The notes under the pieces are model-generated. The model was not told the DNA's origin. It searched no databases and saw nothing but the letters and a program-made list of their open reading frames with translations. The translations under genes and the position numbers were made by a program. DNA of 58,778 bases from a virus (taxonomy: Duplodnaviria > Caudoviricetes): IMG/VR virus record IMGVR_UViG_3300028025_003040, positions 1 to 58,778 of that record; one strand, 5' to 3'. Numbering within the stretch: position 1 is the stretch's first letter; each line of letters opens with the position of its first letter. This document shows positions 23,415 through 32,436 of this stretch, in pieces.

Positions 23415-25807
23415 TTTCTACCTCCTCGTGAACCTGGTGAATTGGCTCCTGAGCCTCCACCAGAACTTCCTCCTCCGCCTGTGCCACTTCCTGTGGCTCC
23501 TCCTGCGGCAACTGCTGCTGCGTTAATTGCAGCGCCTCCTGCAATTACTGTAGCAACAACCATATCTGTTGCTTCTTCTCTTTCTGCATCTGACATATCT
23601 GCACCTATGCTTCCAAATGCAGCCAATGCTGCTGCTGGATCATTAAATAATTCTTCTACAAGTGCTGATGGGTTCTGTAATAATTCTACCTGTGCCGCAA
23701 CTTCAGCAGTAATTACAACTGCATTTCCATTTTCATCCGTTCTAACATCTACTGGTGTTGATGCTGGTAGATCTTTATATTCAATCCCAGATGCTTTTAT
23801 ATCTGCAGAACTTAATGCTTCTCCTGGCTTTAAATCTTCAATAAGACTTTCAACTACCGCATCTTTTTGTTCTTCAGTTAATTCTTTACCATCTTCTATT
23901 GCTTTTTCAAGGGCCTCTGCTTCTGCTTCTTTTGCTTCTGCCTCCGCCTTTAGTTTATCTGCCTCTGCTTGTTTAGCTTTTGCTTCTGCTTTAGCGTTTT
24001 CTTCTTCTTGTGCTTTATCTTCCGCTTCTGCCCTTGCTTGCTCTTCTGCTTGTCTTGCAGCTTCTGCTTCTGCTTCTAATCTTTCTGCTTCCGCTTCTAA
24101 TCTTTCTGTTTCCGCTTTTGCTGCAGCCTCTTCTGCTGCGACACGATCTGCTTCTGCTTTAGCTGCTGCTTCCTCAGCAGCAACTCTATCTGCTTCTGCT
24201 TTTGCTGCAGCCTCTGCAGCTGCTTTAGCTTCTGCTTCCGCTTTTGCCGCTGCTTCAGCGGCTGCCTTTGCCTGTGCTTCTGCTTGAGCCGCTGCAGCTT
24301 CCGCTGCCGCAGCTTCTTGTGCTGCTTGTTGTGCCGCTGCTTCCGCAGCTGCTTGAGCCGATGCCTGTACTGCTGCTCTCTGCTCTGCATAATAATTTGT
24401 AGTAACCTGTGCAGCATTTGTCATTGCTGTTACTGCTTCATTTACTTTTGTAGTTGCTGTATTTGCAAGGGAGTCTGCTGTTTGAACTGCAACTGTTAGG
24501 TTTTCATTAGCAGTTGTGAGGTTTTGTTGCTGAGTTGTTAGGTTTGTCTGAGCGGTTGTTAGGTTTGTTTCTGCAACTGTTTTTTCTGCCACAAGTGTTG
24601 TTAACACGGCAACTTCTGCCACCTTAATTTCTGTTTTATCAGCGACTACTGCTGTTTGACTTTCTATTTGAGCAGTTAATTCTGTATTAGTTACATTTGT
24701 CATTGCTTGCACTGGCTGCCCAGAAGTTTCACGTACACCAATACGAGGTCCGTTATATAAGTTAGTTGTATTTCCAGCAACTGTACCAACGCCTGTCCAT
24801 TCTCCAGTTGTAGGGTTTACGGTCATAGTCCAGTTAACATTTGTAATTGAACTGCCTGGATTACCAAATAAGTGTAAATCCCAATCAACAGCAAGAGTTG
24901 TTTCTGTGGTTGTTACTGTAATTCCAGCGTTAGGTCCTGCACTTTGGAAGTCAGAACCAAAGACTGAGATACTTGGTCCGTTAGGGAAATCCCACCAATT
25001 ATAGTCTCCAATACCAAAAGTAATAGTTGCTTTAGAGGTTACATAAATTTGACTATTATTTCCTTGTCCTTCATAAACCGTGTCTCCCATTTTAATATCA
25101 AATGGTGTGCTGATCTTTGTTGCAGCATCATACATAGGAGGCAAAACTGTAGTAGTAACGGTTGGCGTGTCTACTGGTTCTGGTGCTACATATCCCTCAG
25201 TAGTGTATGTCTTGCTGTCTGATGGTGTGTTCTGAAGCTCTGTTAATGTGGTCTGAGCATTAGTAAGATTAGTAGTGGCAGTTGCTACTACGGCAGTTTG
25301 GCTTTCTACTGCTGCGGTTGCGGTAGTAACAGTAGCGGTGGCTGATTCAACGACTGTTGTTGCTGTTGCTACTATTGCTGTTTGAGATTCAACTGCTACC
25401 TGAGCTGTTTGTGCAACTGTTACTGCTGTCTCAGCAGATTGAATTGCTGTTGTGGCTTCTTGTACCTTTACTGTAGCCTCTGCTACCGCAGTAGCAATTG
25501 GTTCTTGTGTGGTAGCAATTGTAGCTGCTTGCGTTGTTGTTGTGTTAGGAACATTAGTTTGAATTGTAGTAGTTATAGCAGTTGCTTGTTCTTCTGCTGC
25601 CGCCTGCAATGTCTCCGCTGCCGCTTCAACCTTATCTGCAACTGTCTCAACTGTAATAGGAGTGGTTGCTGTGGCAGTGTCTGAAGAAGGATTAACTGGA
25701 GTTACTTGAACTGTTGGCTCATCAGCATTTGCTATGCTAGGCCCAAAAAGGAAAAGCCAGCCGATTATAAAAAGGCTGGTTAAAAAGTATTGAAACTTTC
25801 TAGTCAA
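23408..25807 (-). CDS. large exported Ala/Thr-rich fibrous protein
   Basis: Signal peptide (..SIANA); coiled-coil stalk interrupted by a beta-rich domain; EAAAKAEA repeats; hydrophobic then Gly-rich C-terminus. Confidence 0.75.
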   Translation of the reverse strand: MTRKFQYFLTSLFIIGWLFLFGPSIANADEPTVQVTPVNPSSDTATATTPITVETVADKVEAAAETLQAAAEEQATAITTTIQTNVPNTTTTQAATIATTQEPIATAVAEATVKVQEATTAIQSAETAVTVAQTAQVAVESQTAIVATATTVVESATATVTTATAAVESQTAVVATATTNLTNAQTTLTELQNTPSDSKTYTTEGYVAPEPVDTPTVTTTVLPPMYDAATKISTPFDIKMGDTVYEGQGNNSQIYVTSKATITFGIGDYNWWDFPNGPSISVFGSDFQSAGPNAGITVTTTETTLAVDWDLHLFGNPGSSITNVNWTMTVNPTTGEWTGVGTVAGNTTNLYNGPRIGVRETSGQPVQAMTNVTNTELTAQIESQTAVVADKTEIKVAEVAVLTTLVAEKTVAETNLTTAQTNLTTQQQNLTTANENLTVAVQTADSLANTATTKVNEAVTAMTNAAQVTTNYYAEQRAAVQASAQAAAEAAAQQAAQEAAAAEAAAAQAEAQAKAAAEAAAKAEAEAKAAAEAAAKAEADRVAAEEAAAKAEADRVAAEEAAAKAETERLEAEAERLEAEAEAARQAEEQARAEAEDKAQEEENAKAEAKAKQAEADKLKAEAEAKEAEAEALEKAIEDGKELTEEQKDAVVESLIEDLKPGEALSSADIKASGIEYKDLPASTPVDVRTDENGNAVVITAEVAAQVELLQNPSALVEELFNDPAAALAAFGSIGADMSDAEREEATDMVVATVIAGGAAINAAAVAAGGATGSGTGGGGSSGGGSGANSPGSRGGRKW

Positions 25808-25873
25808 TTAGGATCTCCTAAGTAATGCAATATTTTTGCTTACTTAGTAATTATAGCAGAATGTTAGTTTAAA

Positions 25874-26059
25874 CTACTTGGGATTATCTGTTTTATAAAA
25901 GCCACTACCATTGAACTGAATTCCAAATGATCCATAGTGTCTTACAAGATTAGCGTTACATTTTTGACAACCATATGTTGGCTCATCATCTGTGATGCTT
26001 CTTTCAAATTGTACGACATCCTCTGGAGAGCATTCACACTTGTACTCGTATATTGGCAT
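25874..26059 (-). CDS. FmdB-family Zn-ribbon protein
   Basis: MPIYEYKC...CQKC...FNGSGFYKTD. Confidence 0.85.
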   Translation of the reverse strand: MPIYEYKCECSPEDVVQFERSITDDEPTYGCQKCNANLVRHYGSFGIQFNGSGFYKTDNPK

Positions 26060-26466
26060 TACTTACCGCTCTTTTTTCTCTTTTCAGCTAAGGCAACGAA
26101 GTCTTTGACCTTAGTTTCTCCCATGTATCCCCACGCATAACCATCTTCAATCATTTGTTCATTAACAGACTTATTGTTTCCGTCAATATAAACCCAACCT
26201 AAAATACGACCATACTTTTCAGAACTATCTGGTTTTTCTGTTTTTACAACAATTTCTTTAGCATCTTTAAATTTAGATTTTAGATACTCTTTTGACTCTA
26301 AGCCTAATGTCTTTTCAAGTTTGTCTGTTGTTCTTGACTCTGGTGTGTCAATTCCTGCCAACCTAAGTCTTTGAGAATATGAAATGCTGAATCCAAGATC
26401 AATGTCAACATCAATAGTATCTCCGTCCACTATCTTTGTTACTTGCTTAACTCTGTATTCAAACAT
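26059..26466 (-). CDS. thermonuclease (SNase-like)
   Basis: IVDGDT, RLAGIDTPE, KYGRILG; start moved to ATG after AAGGAG. Confidence 0.88.
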   Translation of the reverse strand: MFEYRVKQVTKIVDGDTIDVDIDLGFSISYSQRLRLAGIDTPESRTTDKLEKTLGLESKEYLKSKFKDAKEIVVKTEKPDSSEKYGRILGWVYIDGNNKSVNEQMIEDGYAWGYMGETKVKDFVALAEKRKKSGK

Positions 26467-26485
26467 AATTCTCCTTAAATTTAAA

Positions 26486-26566
26486 GAGCAGTTTTGGGAC
26501 GTGCTCAGGTCCATCCTTCGGGTAGCGACCCGAATAGTCTGCGACTCCCCAGTGACGGGGTGCAGA
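26486..26566 (-). ncRNA. structured leader ending in pseudoknot copy 3
   Basis: On the - strand: TCTGC..GCAGA stem, TTCGGGT..ACCCGAA hairpin, GGAC-CTGAGCAC-GTCC-caaaac-TGCTC; TATAAT at 26577-26572. Confidence 0.6.
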
Positions 26567-26581
26567 TTTCTATTATACTAT

Positions 26582-26998
26582 TTATTTGATCTTGATGGGC
26601 TTGGGCTTTTTTTCTTCAGGCACTATACGATCTACATTGATATGCAGCATGCCATCCTTTAACTCAGCACCAGTAACTTCCATGTATTCTCCAAGGGCAA
26701 AAGATCTTGTAAATTTTCTGCTTGCGATACCTTTGTGAACAACTTCTGCATCTGTTACCTCAACAATTTCTCCTTTAATTATAAGACTGCCATTGTCTAC
26801 AGACAACTCAATATCATTTTTTGAGAATCCAGCGACAGCAATCGATAACCTAAATGTGTCTTCATCTAATTTGAGAAGATCATAAGGTGGATATGATTGT
26901 GAGTTTAGTTTGTGTGCATGATTTAAACGACTTAGCTCCCTATTGAAGCCAATGAAAAAAGGATCATTAAAAAGATCCATAGCAAATTGTGTTACCAT
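26582..26998 (-). CDS. small heat-shock protein Hsp20 (IbpA-like)
   Basis: YPPYD, AVAGF, HKGIASRKFTRSFAL, LKDGML. Confidence 0.92.
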   Translation of the reverse strand: MVTQFAMDLFNDPFFIGFNRELSRLNHAHKLNSQSYPPYDLLKLDEDTFRLSIAVAGFSKNDIELSVDNGSLIIKGEIVEVTDAEVVHKGIASRKFTRSFALGEYMEVTGAELKDGMLHINVDRIVPEEKKPKPIKIK

Positions 26999-27079
26999 TT
27001 TATTCCTCCTTTAAGCGAATAAGTTAATATACGGGCCTCCTATTGGACGACCCGTATACTATTATATCAAATATTTTAT

Positions 27080-27277
27080 TTACTCGCCAGAAGAAACTTC
27101 TCCTCTGAGAATTGATTTCTTTGGTTTATTTGAATCTGACTCTGAAGCATATAGAGCTCTTAAATGAGCCTCTGCTCTTGATCTGCTTGGGTGGCAACTA
27201 ACAAGCTCACCACTGTCTTTTACAACTGCATATCCGCCTCTACATTCGGCAGAATTTTCTTTTATATTCCAAGGCAT
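27080..27277 (-). CDS. hypothetical protein
   Basis: MPW..C...AVVK..CH...A...RALYASE; AGGAG SD. Confidence 0.7.
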   Translation of the reverse strand: MPWNIKENSAECRGGYAVVKDSGELVSCHPSRSRAEAHLRALYASESDSNKPKKSILRGEVSSGE

Positions 27278-27332
27278 AACTGTCTCCTAATCTATTATAG
27301 TATTTACAATTATATCATTTGTAAATTTTGAG

Positions 27333-27403
27333 AGCGGGTGACCAGAATCGAACTGGCACTATCTGCTTGGAAGGCAGAGGCACTACCATTATGCAACACC
27401 CGC
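27333..27403 (-). tRNA. tRNA-Gly(TCC)
   Basis: GCGGGTG/CACCCGC acceptor; TCTGC-CTTCCAA-GCAGA; U discriminator. Confidence 0.92.
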
Positions 27404-27407
27404 AAAG

Positions 27408-27479
27408 CACCCCTGGCAGGAATCGAACCTGCGACCAACAGATTAGAAGTCTGTTGCTCTTCCTCTGAGCTACAGAGGT
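27408..27479 (-). tRNA. tRNA-Arg(TCT)
   Basis: ACAGA-CTTCTAA-TCTGT; GTTCGATT. Confidence 0.92.
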
Positions 27480-27485
27480 ATATAT

Positions 27486-27815
27486 TTAATCGTTTGGCAT
27501 ATTCCATTCATCTATGTCCATCTGAATAATGCCCATTTGCTTTGCTATCTCTTTTCCTTCTTCTGTTAATTCTAAAGTTGCTTCAAGGTTTTCGTCATAT
27601 GAAACATTCACTAAACCCTTTTCATATAGATCCATTAAAGATTTGTCTACATACTCTTCGTGGGCATCCCATAGTTCTGGGGCAACTTCTGAGGCTGCCT
27701 CGGTTATTTTATATATAAATTCCCCAGTATTATCAACGCCAGCCAATTCAATTGCCCCTATAGAAATATAATATTCTAACTTATCATCACTATTAAACTC
27801 AAAATCTTCTTCCAT
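27486..27815 (-). CDS. acidic hypothetical protein
   Basis: ORF track; AGAAAGG SD. Confidence 0.75.
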   Translation of the reverse strand: MEEDFEFNSDDKLEYYISIGAIELAGVDNTGEFIYKITEAASEVAPELWDAHEEYVDKSLMDLYEKGLVNVSYDENLEATLELTEEGKEIAKQMGIIQMDIDEWNMPND

Positions 27816-27829
27816 TTGCAGCCTTTCTG

Positions 27830-27903
27830 TGCAACAGGTAGGACTTGAACCTACGATTACCGAATTATGAGTTCGGGGCTTTAACCAACTAAGCTACTGT
27901 TGC
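27830..27903 (-). tRNA. tRNA with CAT anticodon (Ile2 or elongator Met)
   Basis: GCAACAG/CTGTTGC acceptor; CCGAA-CTCATAA-TTCGG; not initiator-like. Confidence 0.88.
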
Positions 27904-27911
27904 TTAGTGTA

Positions 27912-28163
27912 CTATTGTATCGTTCCGTCTTCATTCTTGTCAATAGTTTCTTCAACCAATTGCTGAACATAATCAGAAAAATGTTTCCTAATGCTTCCAG
28001 CTGGTCGCTTGCCTAGTGTTTTCCAAATTCTTTTATATTCAACTACATTAGAAAATGTTGTTGGACATAGCATAACTTCGTTGTATTCTTTTAATGTAGT
28101 TGGTAAAGGAACATGTTTACCACAACACTTACATTGTTTAGCCATTTCTTGATAAGCACTCAT
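27912..28163 (-). CDS. hypothetical Zn-binding protein
   Basis: CKCC..CPT; coupled to terL. Confidence 0.7.
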   Translation of the reverse strand: MSAYQEMAKQCKCCGKHVPLPTTLKEYNEVMLCPTTFSNVVEYKRIWKTLGKRPAGSIRKHFSDYVQQLVEETIDKNEDGTIQ

Positions 28164-29959
28164 AGTACTGTCATCCCGTCTATCGCATCCGCCAAATCTG
28201 TTGGCATCCTAGGTGGCCTAATAAGATTAAGAATTGTTTCGTCTTCTCTTTTTATGCCAAAATCATTATCATAACTCATAGATTCATATGTATGAATATT
28301 AACTTCTTGATTATTTTGAAATCTACTTCTGCTAATTGCATTATATATTGATCCGCAAACTGCATCTGCTAGATCTTTTGATCCTTTTCTAGGGTGGTCT
28401 ACTCTATCTCTCATTATTCTTAGCTGCAAGAGCTCGTCTATAAGCAAAGGTATATGAGGACCTATCACTCTTTCTTCAGATACAATCATTGCCATGTCAT
28501 CATAATGCTTTTTGGCGACAGACAGAATCTCTGTATTGATGCCATATTGTTTGAGTTGTTGCATCATGTCATGAGAGTTCCATCTGTCAAAGGTACACAC
28601 ACGAATTTTAAATCCTCGTGTTTTTAATGAAAGTATGTAGTCTTTTACCTCAGTAAAATCTACAGATTTATCTTTTGTTGGAGTCCAATATCTAACTGCG
28701 TCAATTTCTACTATAGGGGCTGGCTGTGAGTAGGTGTCTGTTACTTTAACATTTACCCATTTATTAACATGTGACATTGAGACTGCACAATGGTCGTGCT
28801 TTTGAGCTAAGTCAACATGTATAAAATATTCTTTATCTGGGTCTGGTATGAACCATTCTTCTAATCTTCCAAAATTATCTACAGCAAGATGCCCTTTATT
28901 AAATGCCTTTTCAATTTTTTCTTTAGACTTAAAAAATGCATCTACCGCATCTGGTGGCATGCATGCAAAACGTGAAAGAGCATCTAACGGATTAGTAAAG
29001 AATGCAACTTTAAAATCATTAATAGTTCTAACTGGATTTACTTCCCACGTAGGCCTCTTTAATGCATATGCTTTTGGAATCTTGTATGAAAGAATATGGT
29101 CTTCTTCCCATTGAATCTCAAACTCATTTCCCTCAGTTCCGTCTGGTAAATCCTCGTCCATTTTAAATTTATGATCACGAACAATAGTTTCTTTTTCGGC
29201 TACCACTGCATCATATCTTTGCTGAATATAGTCGTTTTTATAACGTGGGAATGAGAGCAATATAACCTTGCCAAAATCTGGAAAACGTGAATCAACCGAT
29301 GCTCTATACATGTCGTATATGGCACTACCAGTTTTAGCCTGATCATGCCCAGTAGTATTCTCAATAGCAAATCCAGAGATTTCGTCAAGAATAATTACAA
29401 TAACGTTATATCCTTCCCATGCTTCACGCTCAGAGTGTCCAGAGTGAACAGTAATAGCTTTATCAAATTTAATTTCAGAAGCCTTGTCGGTGTACTTTCC
29501 AGCAAACCATGGTGACTTTTCAATTCTTGTTTTAAATCCTTTAAAGAATACATTATTAGCTTGTTGTGCGTTAATAGCAATGTTGATAATATCAATTGAG
29601 TCGCCAGGAGGTTTTCCATAATACGTCGCTGGATCCTTTAGGCATAATAGCAAGTAAACTATATATGAAACGGCAATAGTAGAACAATAATCTTTGCCAG
29701 AACCCTTGCCAAGTTGTGCAACTACTTCATTAGCAGTTTGTTTAAATCTAATCTTTCCTTCTTCTTCGCCAAAAAGCTTAATCAATGTAGATTCTTTATA
29801 AATTTGTGAACTTTTTTCAATAAGTGTATATTGATAATCAGATAATTCTGGTAGGCCAAGGTACTGTGGGCTTCTGACAAAAGTTTTTAAATCAACGGGC
29901 TTCTCTTCAAATTCTTCGCCGTCAAGTAAGTCAATTAAATCATCAAAATTAAATTCCAC
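28160..29959 (-). CDS. terL: terminase large subunit
   Basis: Walker A GKGSGKD, Walker B IILDE, nuclease HVDLA, FDRW, KDLADA. Confidence 0.88.
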   Translation of the reverse strand: MEFNFDDLIDLLDGEEFEEKPVDLKTFVRSPQYLGLPELSDYQYTLIEKSSQIYKESTLIKLFGEEEGKIRFKQTANEVVAQLGKGSGKDYCSTIAVSYIVYLLLCLKDPATYYGKPPGDSIDIINIAINAQQANNVFFKGFKTRIEKSPWFAGKYTDKASEIKFDKAITVHSGHSEREAWEGYNVIVIILDEISGFAIENTTGHDQAKTGSAIYDMYRASVDSRFPDFGKVILLSFPRYKNDYIQQRYDAVVAEKETIVRDHKFKMDEDLPDGTEGNEFEIQWEEDHILSYKIPKAYALKRPTWEVNPVRTINDFKVAFFTNPLDALSRFACMPPDAVDAFFKSKEKIEKAFNKGHLAVDNFGRLEEWFIPDPDKEYFIHVDLAQKHDHCAVSMSHVNKWVNVKVTDTYSQPAPIVEIDAVRYWTPTKDKSVDFTEVKDYILSLKTRGFKIRVCTFDRWNSHDMMQQLKQYGINTEILSVAKKHYDDMAMIVSEERVIGPHIPLLIDELLQLRIMRDRVDHPRKGSKDLADAVCGSIYNAISRSRFQNNQEVNIHTYESMSYDNDFGIKREDETILNLIRPPRMPTDLADAIDGMTVL

Positions 29960-30488
29960 TTACTTCCTCAATAATTTCTATTGGCTCAACAACCCCACTT
30001 ATTTGGGATAATCTTTTTGCTACATCCATTTTACATTTTGGACAAGAGGCAGTTACTTCTTTTAATATCTTAACCAAGATTTCTTGCTTTCTTTCAGTCT
30101 CAGATATTTGAGTTGCAAGCTCTGCGTTATCAAGTAGACCAATTTCCTGAAGCATGCCTATTCTTTTTCCTTCAATATCTGCAATCAATTTTAATGCCGT
30201 TGACTTAACATTTAGCTGACCCTGTTGATCTGCGTCTTCTACGGTCTTCCAGGCTTCTTTAATAAGCATTGCATAGTGCTTGTCTGCACCCGAGATTGCT
30301 TCTTTTGCTCTCTCTTTTGCCGTGCTATCGTTGTGTACCACAGACTTCCACTCATCAATTAACTCAATAACCTCAGCCCTCTTTAACCCAGTAAGGGTTG
30401 AAATTTGAGTTGGGCTATTACCCTTAAGCAGTTCTGAGACAACTTTATTCATTCGATCAATATGATCTACTAATTCAATTTCGGACAT
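29949..30488 (-). CDS. putative terminase small subunit
   Basis: N-terminal HTH-like segment, helical body, directly upstream of terL. Confidence 0.5.
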   Translation of the reverse strand: MSEIELVDHIDRMNKVVSELLKGNSPTQISTLTGLKRAEVIELIDEWKSVVHNDSTAKERAKEAISGADKHYAMLIKEAWKTVEDADQQGQLNVKSTALKLIADIEGKRIGMLQEIGLLDNAELATQISETERKQEILVKILKEVTASCPKCKMDVAKRLSQISGVVEPIEIIEEVSGI

Positions 30489-30520
30489 GTATAACAGTAT
30501 ACTCTTAGTCGACTAAAAAA

Positions 30521-30847
30521 TCAACTAGATTTGGCTATTTTATATAGGACTAAATACCCAATTAGATCATCTATGTCGTTATCTCCAGCAAATCCTTGAT
30601 TATTTTTTACTCTATTTAATTTATCATCAATACGAACCTTTAATTGTTCCGTGGAGTCCGCCGTTGAAAATATTCTTGCAGGCTCAAGAGCTGAGTTACC
30701 ATATGAAATATTTTTTTCAATTAACATGTGAGCAATTTCATGACAAGTAGACCATATGCTACGTCCTGCTGGTGCTCCTACTGACCTTAAATATAAATCA
30801 TTACAGTTAAACATTGTTGCATCTTCAAATACTGGTTTTAACATCAT
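30521..30847 (-). CDS. nucleotide-modification-associated domain protein (DUF1599-like)
   Basis: EKNISYGNS, RIDDKLNR, DDLIGY. Confidence 0.7.
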   Translation of the reverse strand: MMLKPVFEDATMFNCNDLYLRSVGAPAGRSIWSTCHEIAHMLIEKNISYGNSALEPARIFSTADSTEQLKVRIDDKLNRVKNNQGFAGDNDIDDLIGYLVLYKIAKSS

Positions 30848-31512
30848 ACGTCCATTTCTTTATATAATTGCTTAAGTCCACGTAGTGTACCTATGTCCAT
30901 ATATCTGCCGCCTGGTTGAACAGATTGAATATCTAATCCTTGATCTATCCACTCTTGAATTTGTTTTCCTGGGTGGTCTAAATTTGGATCTATGTATCTT
31001 ATCATATTTTTACGGAATAGCATAGTGCCCCACATATCTTTATAATCACAATCCGAAACTTTATCTTTTGAAGAAAGGACTTTTCCTTCGCTAGATAAAA
31101 GAATTTGTCCAACCCTGCCTTTTAATTCTCCAAGACACTCCCAAGTTCCAAGAACTAAATCTGCGGTGTTCTTTTTCATCATTTCTTTATATATATTTAA
31201 AGGAGCATTTAAAATATAAGTGTCTGGCATGCCCACAAGAACAGTGTCATTGTATTCGCCTATCATAAATTTAATAGCGTCAGACATTGTTGATGGTTCT
31301 TTTACAATTAATTTAATATTCATATCCATATTTTGAATAATTGGTATCCACTCTGGTCTTGTAGAAACACGAACTTCGTCGCATACCTCTAGCATCTGCT
31401 CTACATGCCATTGCAGTAATGATCTTTCATCAGATATAGGTAGGCAAAACTTGGGAATGCCTCCAATTCTAGATGCCTTACCTGACGCTGGCAAAACTCC
31501 TATCGTAGCCAT
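30844..31512 (-). CDS. sugar-phosphate nucleotidyltransferase
   Basis: GVLPASGKASRIGGIPK, GMPD, DIGT. Confidence 0.8.
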   Translation of the reverse strand: MATIGVLPASGKASRIGGIPKFCLPISDERSLLQWHVEQMLEVCDEVRVSTRPEWIPIIQNMDMNIKLIVKEPSTMSDAIKFMIGEYNDTVLVGMPDTYILNAPLNIYKEMMKKNTADLVLGTWECLGELKGRVGQILLSSEGKVLSSKDKVSDCDYKDMWGTMLFRKNMIRYIDPNLDHPGKQIQEWIDQGLDIQSVQPGGRYMDIGTLRGLKQLYKEMDV

Positions 31513-32144
31513 TCATGATCCCTTCTTCTAGACAATGACCAAGGCTTAGATATTTCAAAGTTGTTGGTCAGTTTGTATTTATAGTACTCTTGATTTTTAA
31601 TAAATGTCTCGTTATTTATGTTTTTTAATTTATCATCACTATTAATTGTTTGACTACCTGTTTCAGGAGCTGTGTCAATGGAGGTTGATACTATAGTATT
31701 TTCTGGGCAAAATCTTGCAGCTCTTTCATGAAAGTCATTGTCTTCAAAATATATTGGATAAAAATATTCATCAAATAGACCAATCTTGTCTATTACATTT
31801 TCTCCAACAGAAAAACATCCGTATGAATCATTTGTAAGTATAAGTTTGTCTGGGCCGCTTAATCTATCTATTTCTTGTAGCGCTGTTTCTGCCCACCTAG
31901 TGTCAGCAGAGGCAAAAAGCCAGTACTTAGAATGTGGATAACATTTAATACCAAGATTCCATGCAGCAGATAGACCTAAATTTGCTGGCATATTTAGAAC
32001 TTTAACATTTTCTTTTTGTGTTTTAAATTCTCCGCCATTATCTATAATTAAAATGTTATCTATTGGATAACTAATTGACTCCAGCATTGATTCTAACAGA
32101 TCATATCTATTTAATACTGGAACTATAAGTACAGGGATGCTCAT
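31500..32144 (-). CDS. glycosyltransferase family 2
   Basis: IVPVLNR, IIDNG, NLG..AAWNLG, GLFDE.F...YFEDND. Confidence 0.85.
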   Translation of the reverse strand: MSIPVLIVPVLNRYDLLESMLESISYPIDNILIIDNGGEFKTQKENVKVLNMPANLGLSAAWNLGIKCYPHSKYWLFASADTRWAETALQEIDRLSGPDKLILTNDSYGCFSVGENVIDKIGLFDEYFYPIYFEDNDFHERAARFCPENTIVSTSIDTAPETGSQTINSDDKLKNINNETFIKNQEYYKYKLTNNFEISKPWSLSRRRDHEWLR

Positions 32145-32287
32145 CTTTTTTTAATTAATCCAAACTGATCTAAGTATCTCTGTATGGTCATAGCAGAGAC
32201 ATTACATTCTTTACCTATTTCTGTAACGGTTTTCTTTTGTATAACATATCTTCTATATAGCCAATCTTTGCTTTGATAAAGCTTCAA
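32141..32287 (-). CDS. small HTH DNA-binding protein (48 aa)
   Basis: Read by hand: LYQSKDWLYRRY..KKTVTEIGKECNVSAMTIQRYL. Confidence 0.65.
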   Translation of the reverse strand: MKLYQSKDWLYRRYVIQKKTVTEIGKECNVSAMTIQRYLDQFGLIKKR

Positions 32288-32436
32288 ATAGACCACCAGC
32301 CTTGTAATATTGTTTTGCCACTTGCTATCCAGTCTTTATGCAATTCCCATTGATACTGCCAATTTATCTCGTGTGTGTCTTTACCACAATAAGGACATAT
32401 ATTTTGATTTACATATTCATATACGTGCCTACACAT
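32284..32436 (-). CDS. small hypothetical protein (50 aa)
   Basis: Read by hand; CRH..CPYCG. Confidence 0.55.
   Translation of the reverse strand: MCRHVYEYVNQNICPYCGKDTHEINWQYQWELHKDWIASGKTILQGWWSI

Noticed and set aside
23442-24499. Long + strand ORFs (281 aa and others)
   Set aside because: Antisense shadows of the GCA/GAA-rich repeat gene; the same applies to + ORFs over 15.5-16.4 kb and over the tape measure.
27310-27529. Track ORFs on both strands
   Set aside because: They overlap the well-formed tRNA-Gly and tRNA-Arg genes.
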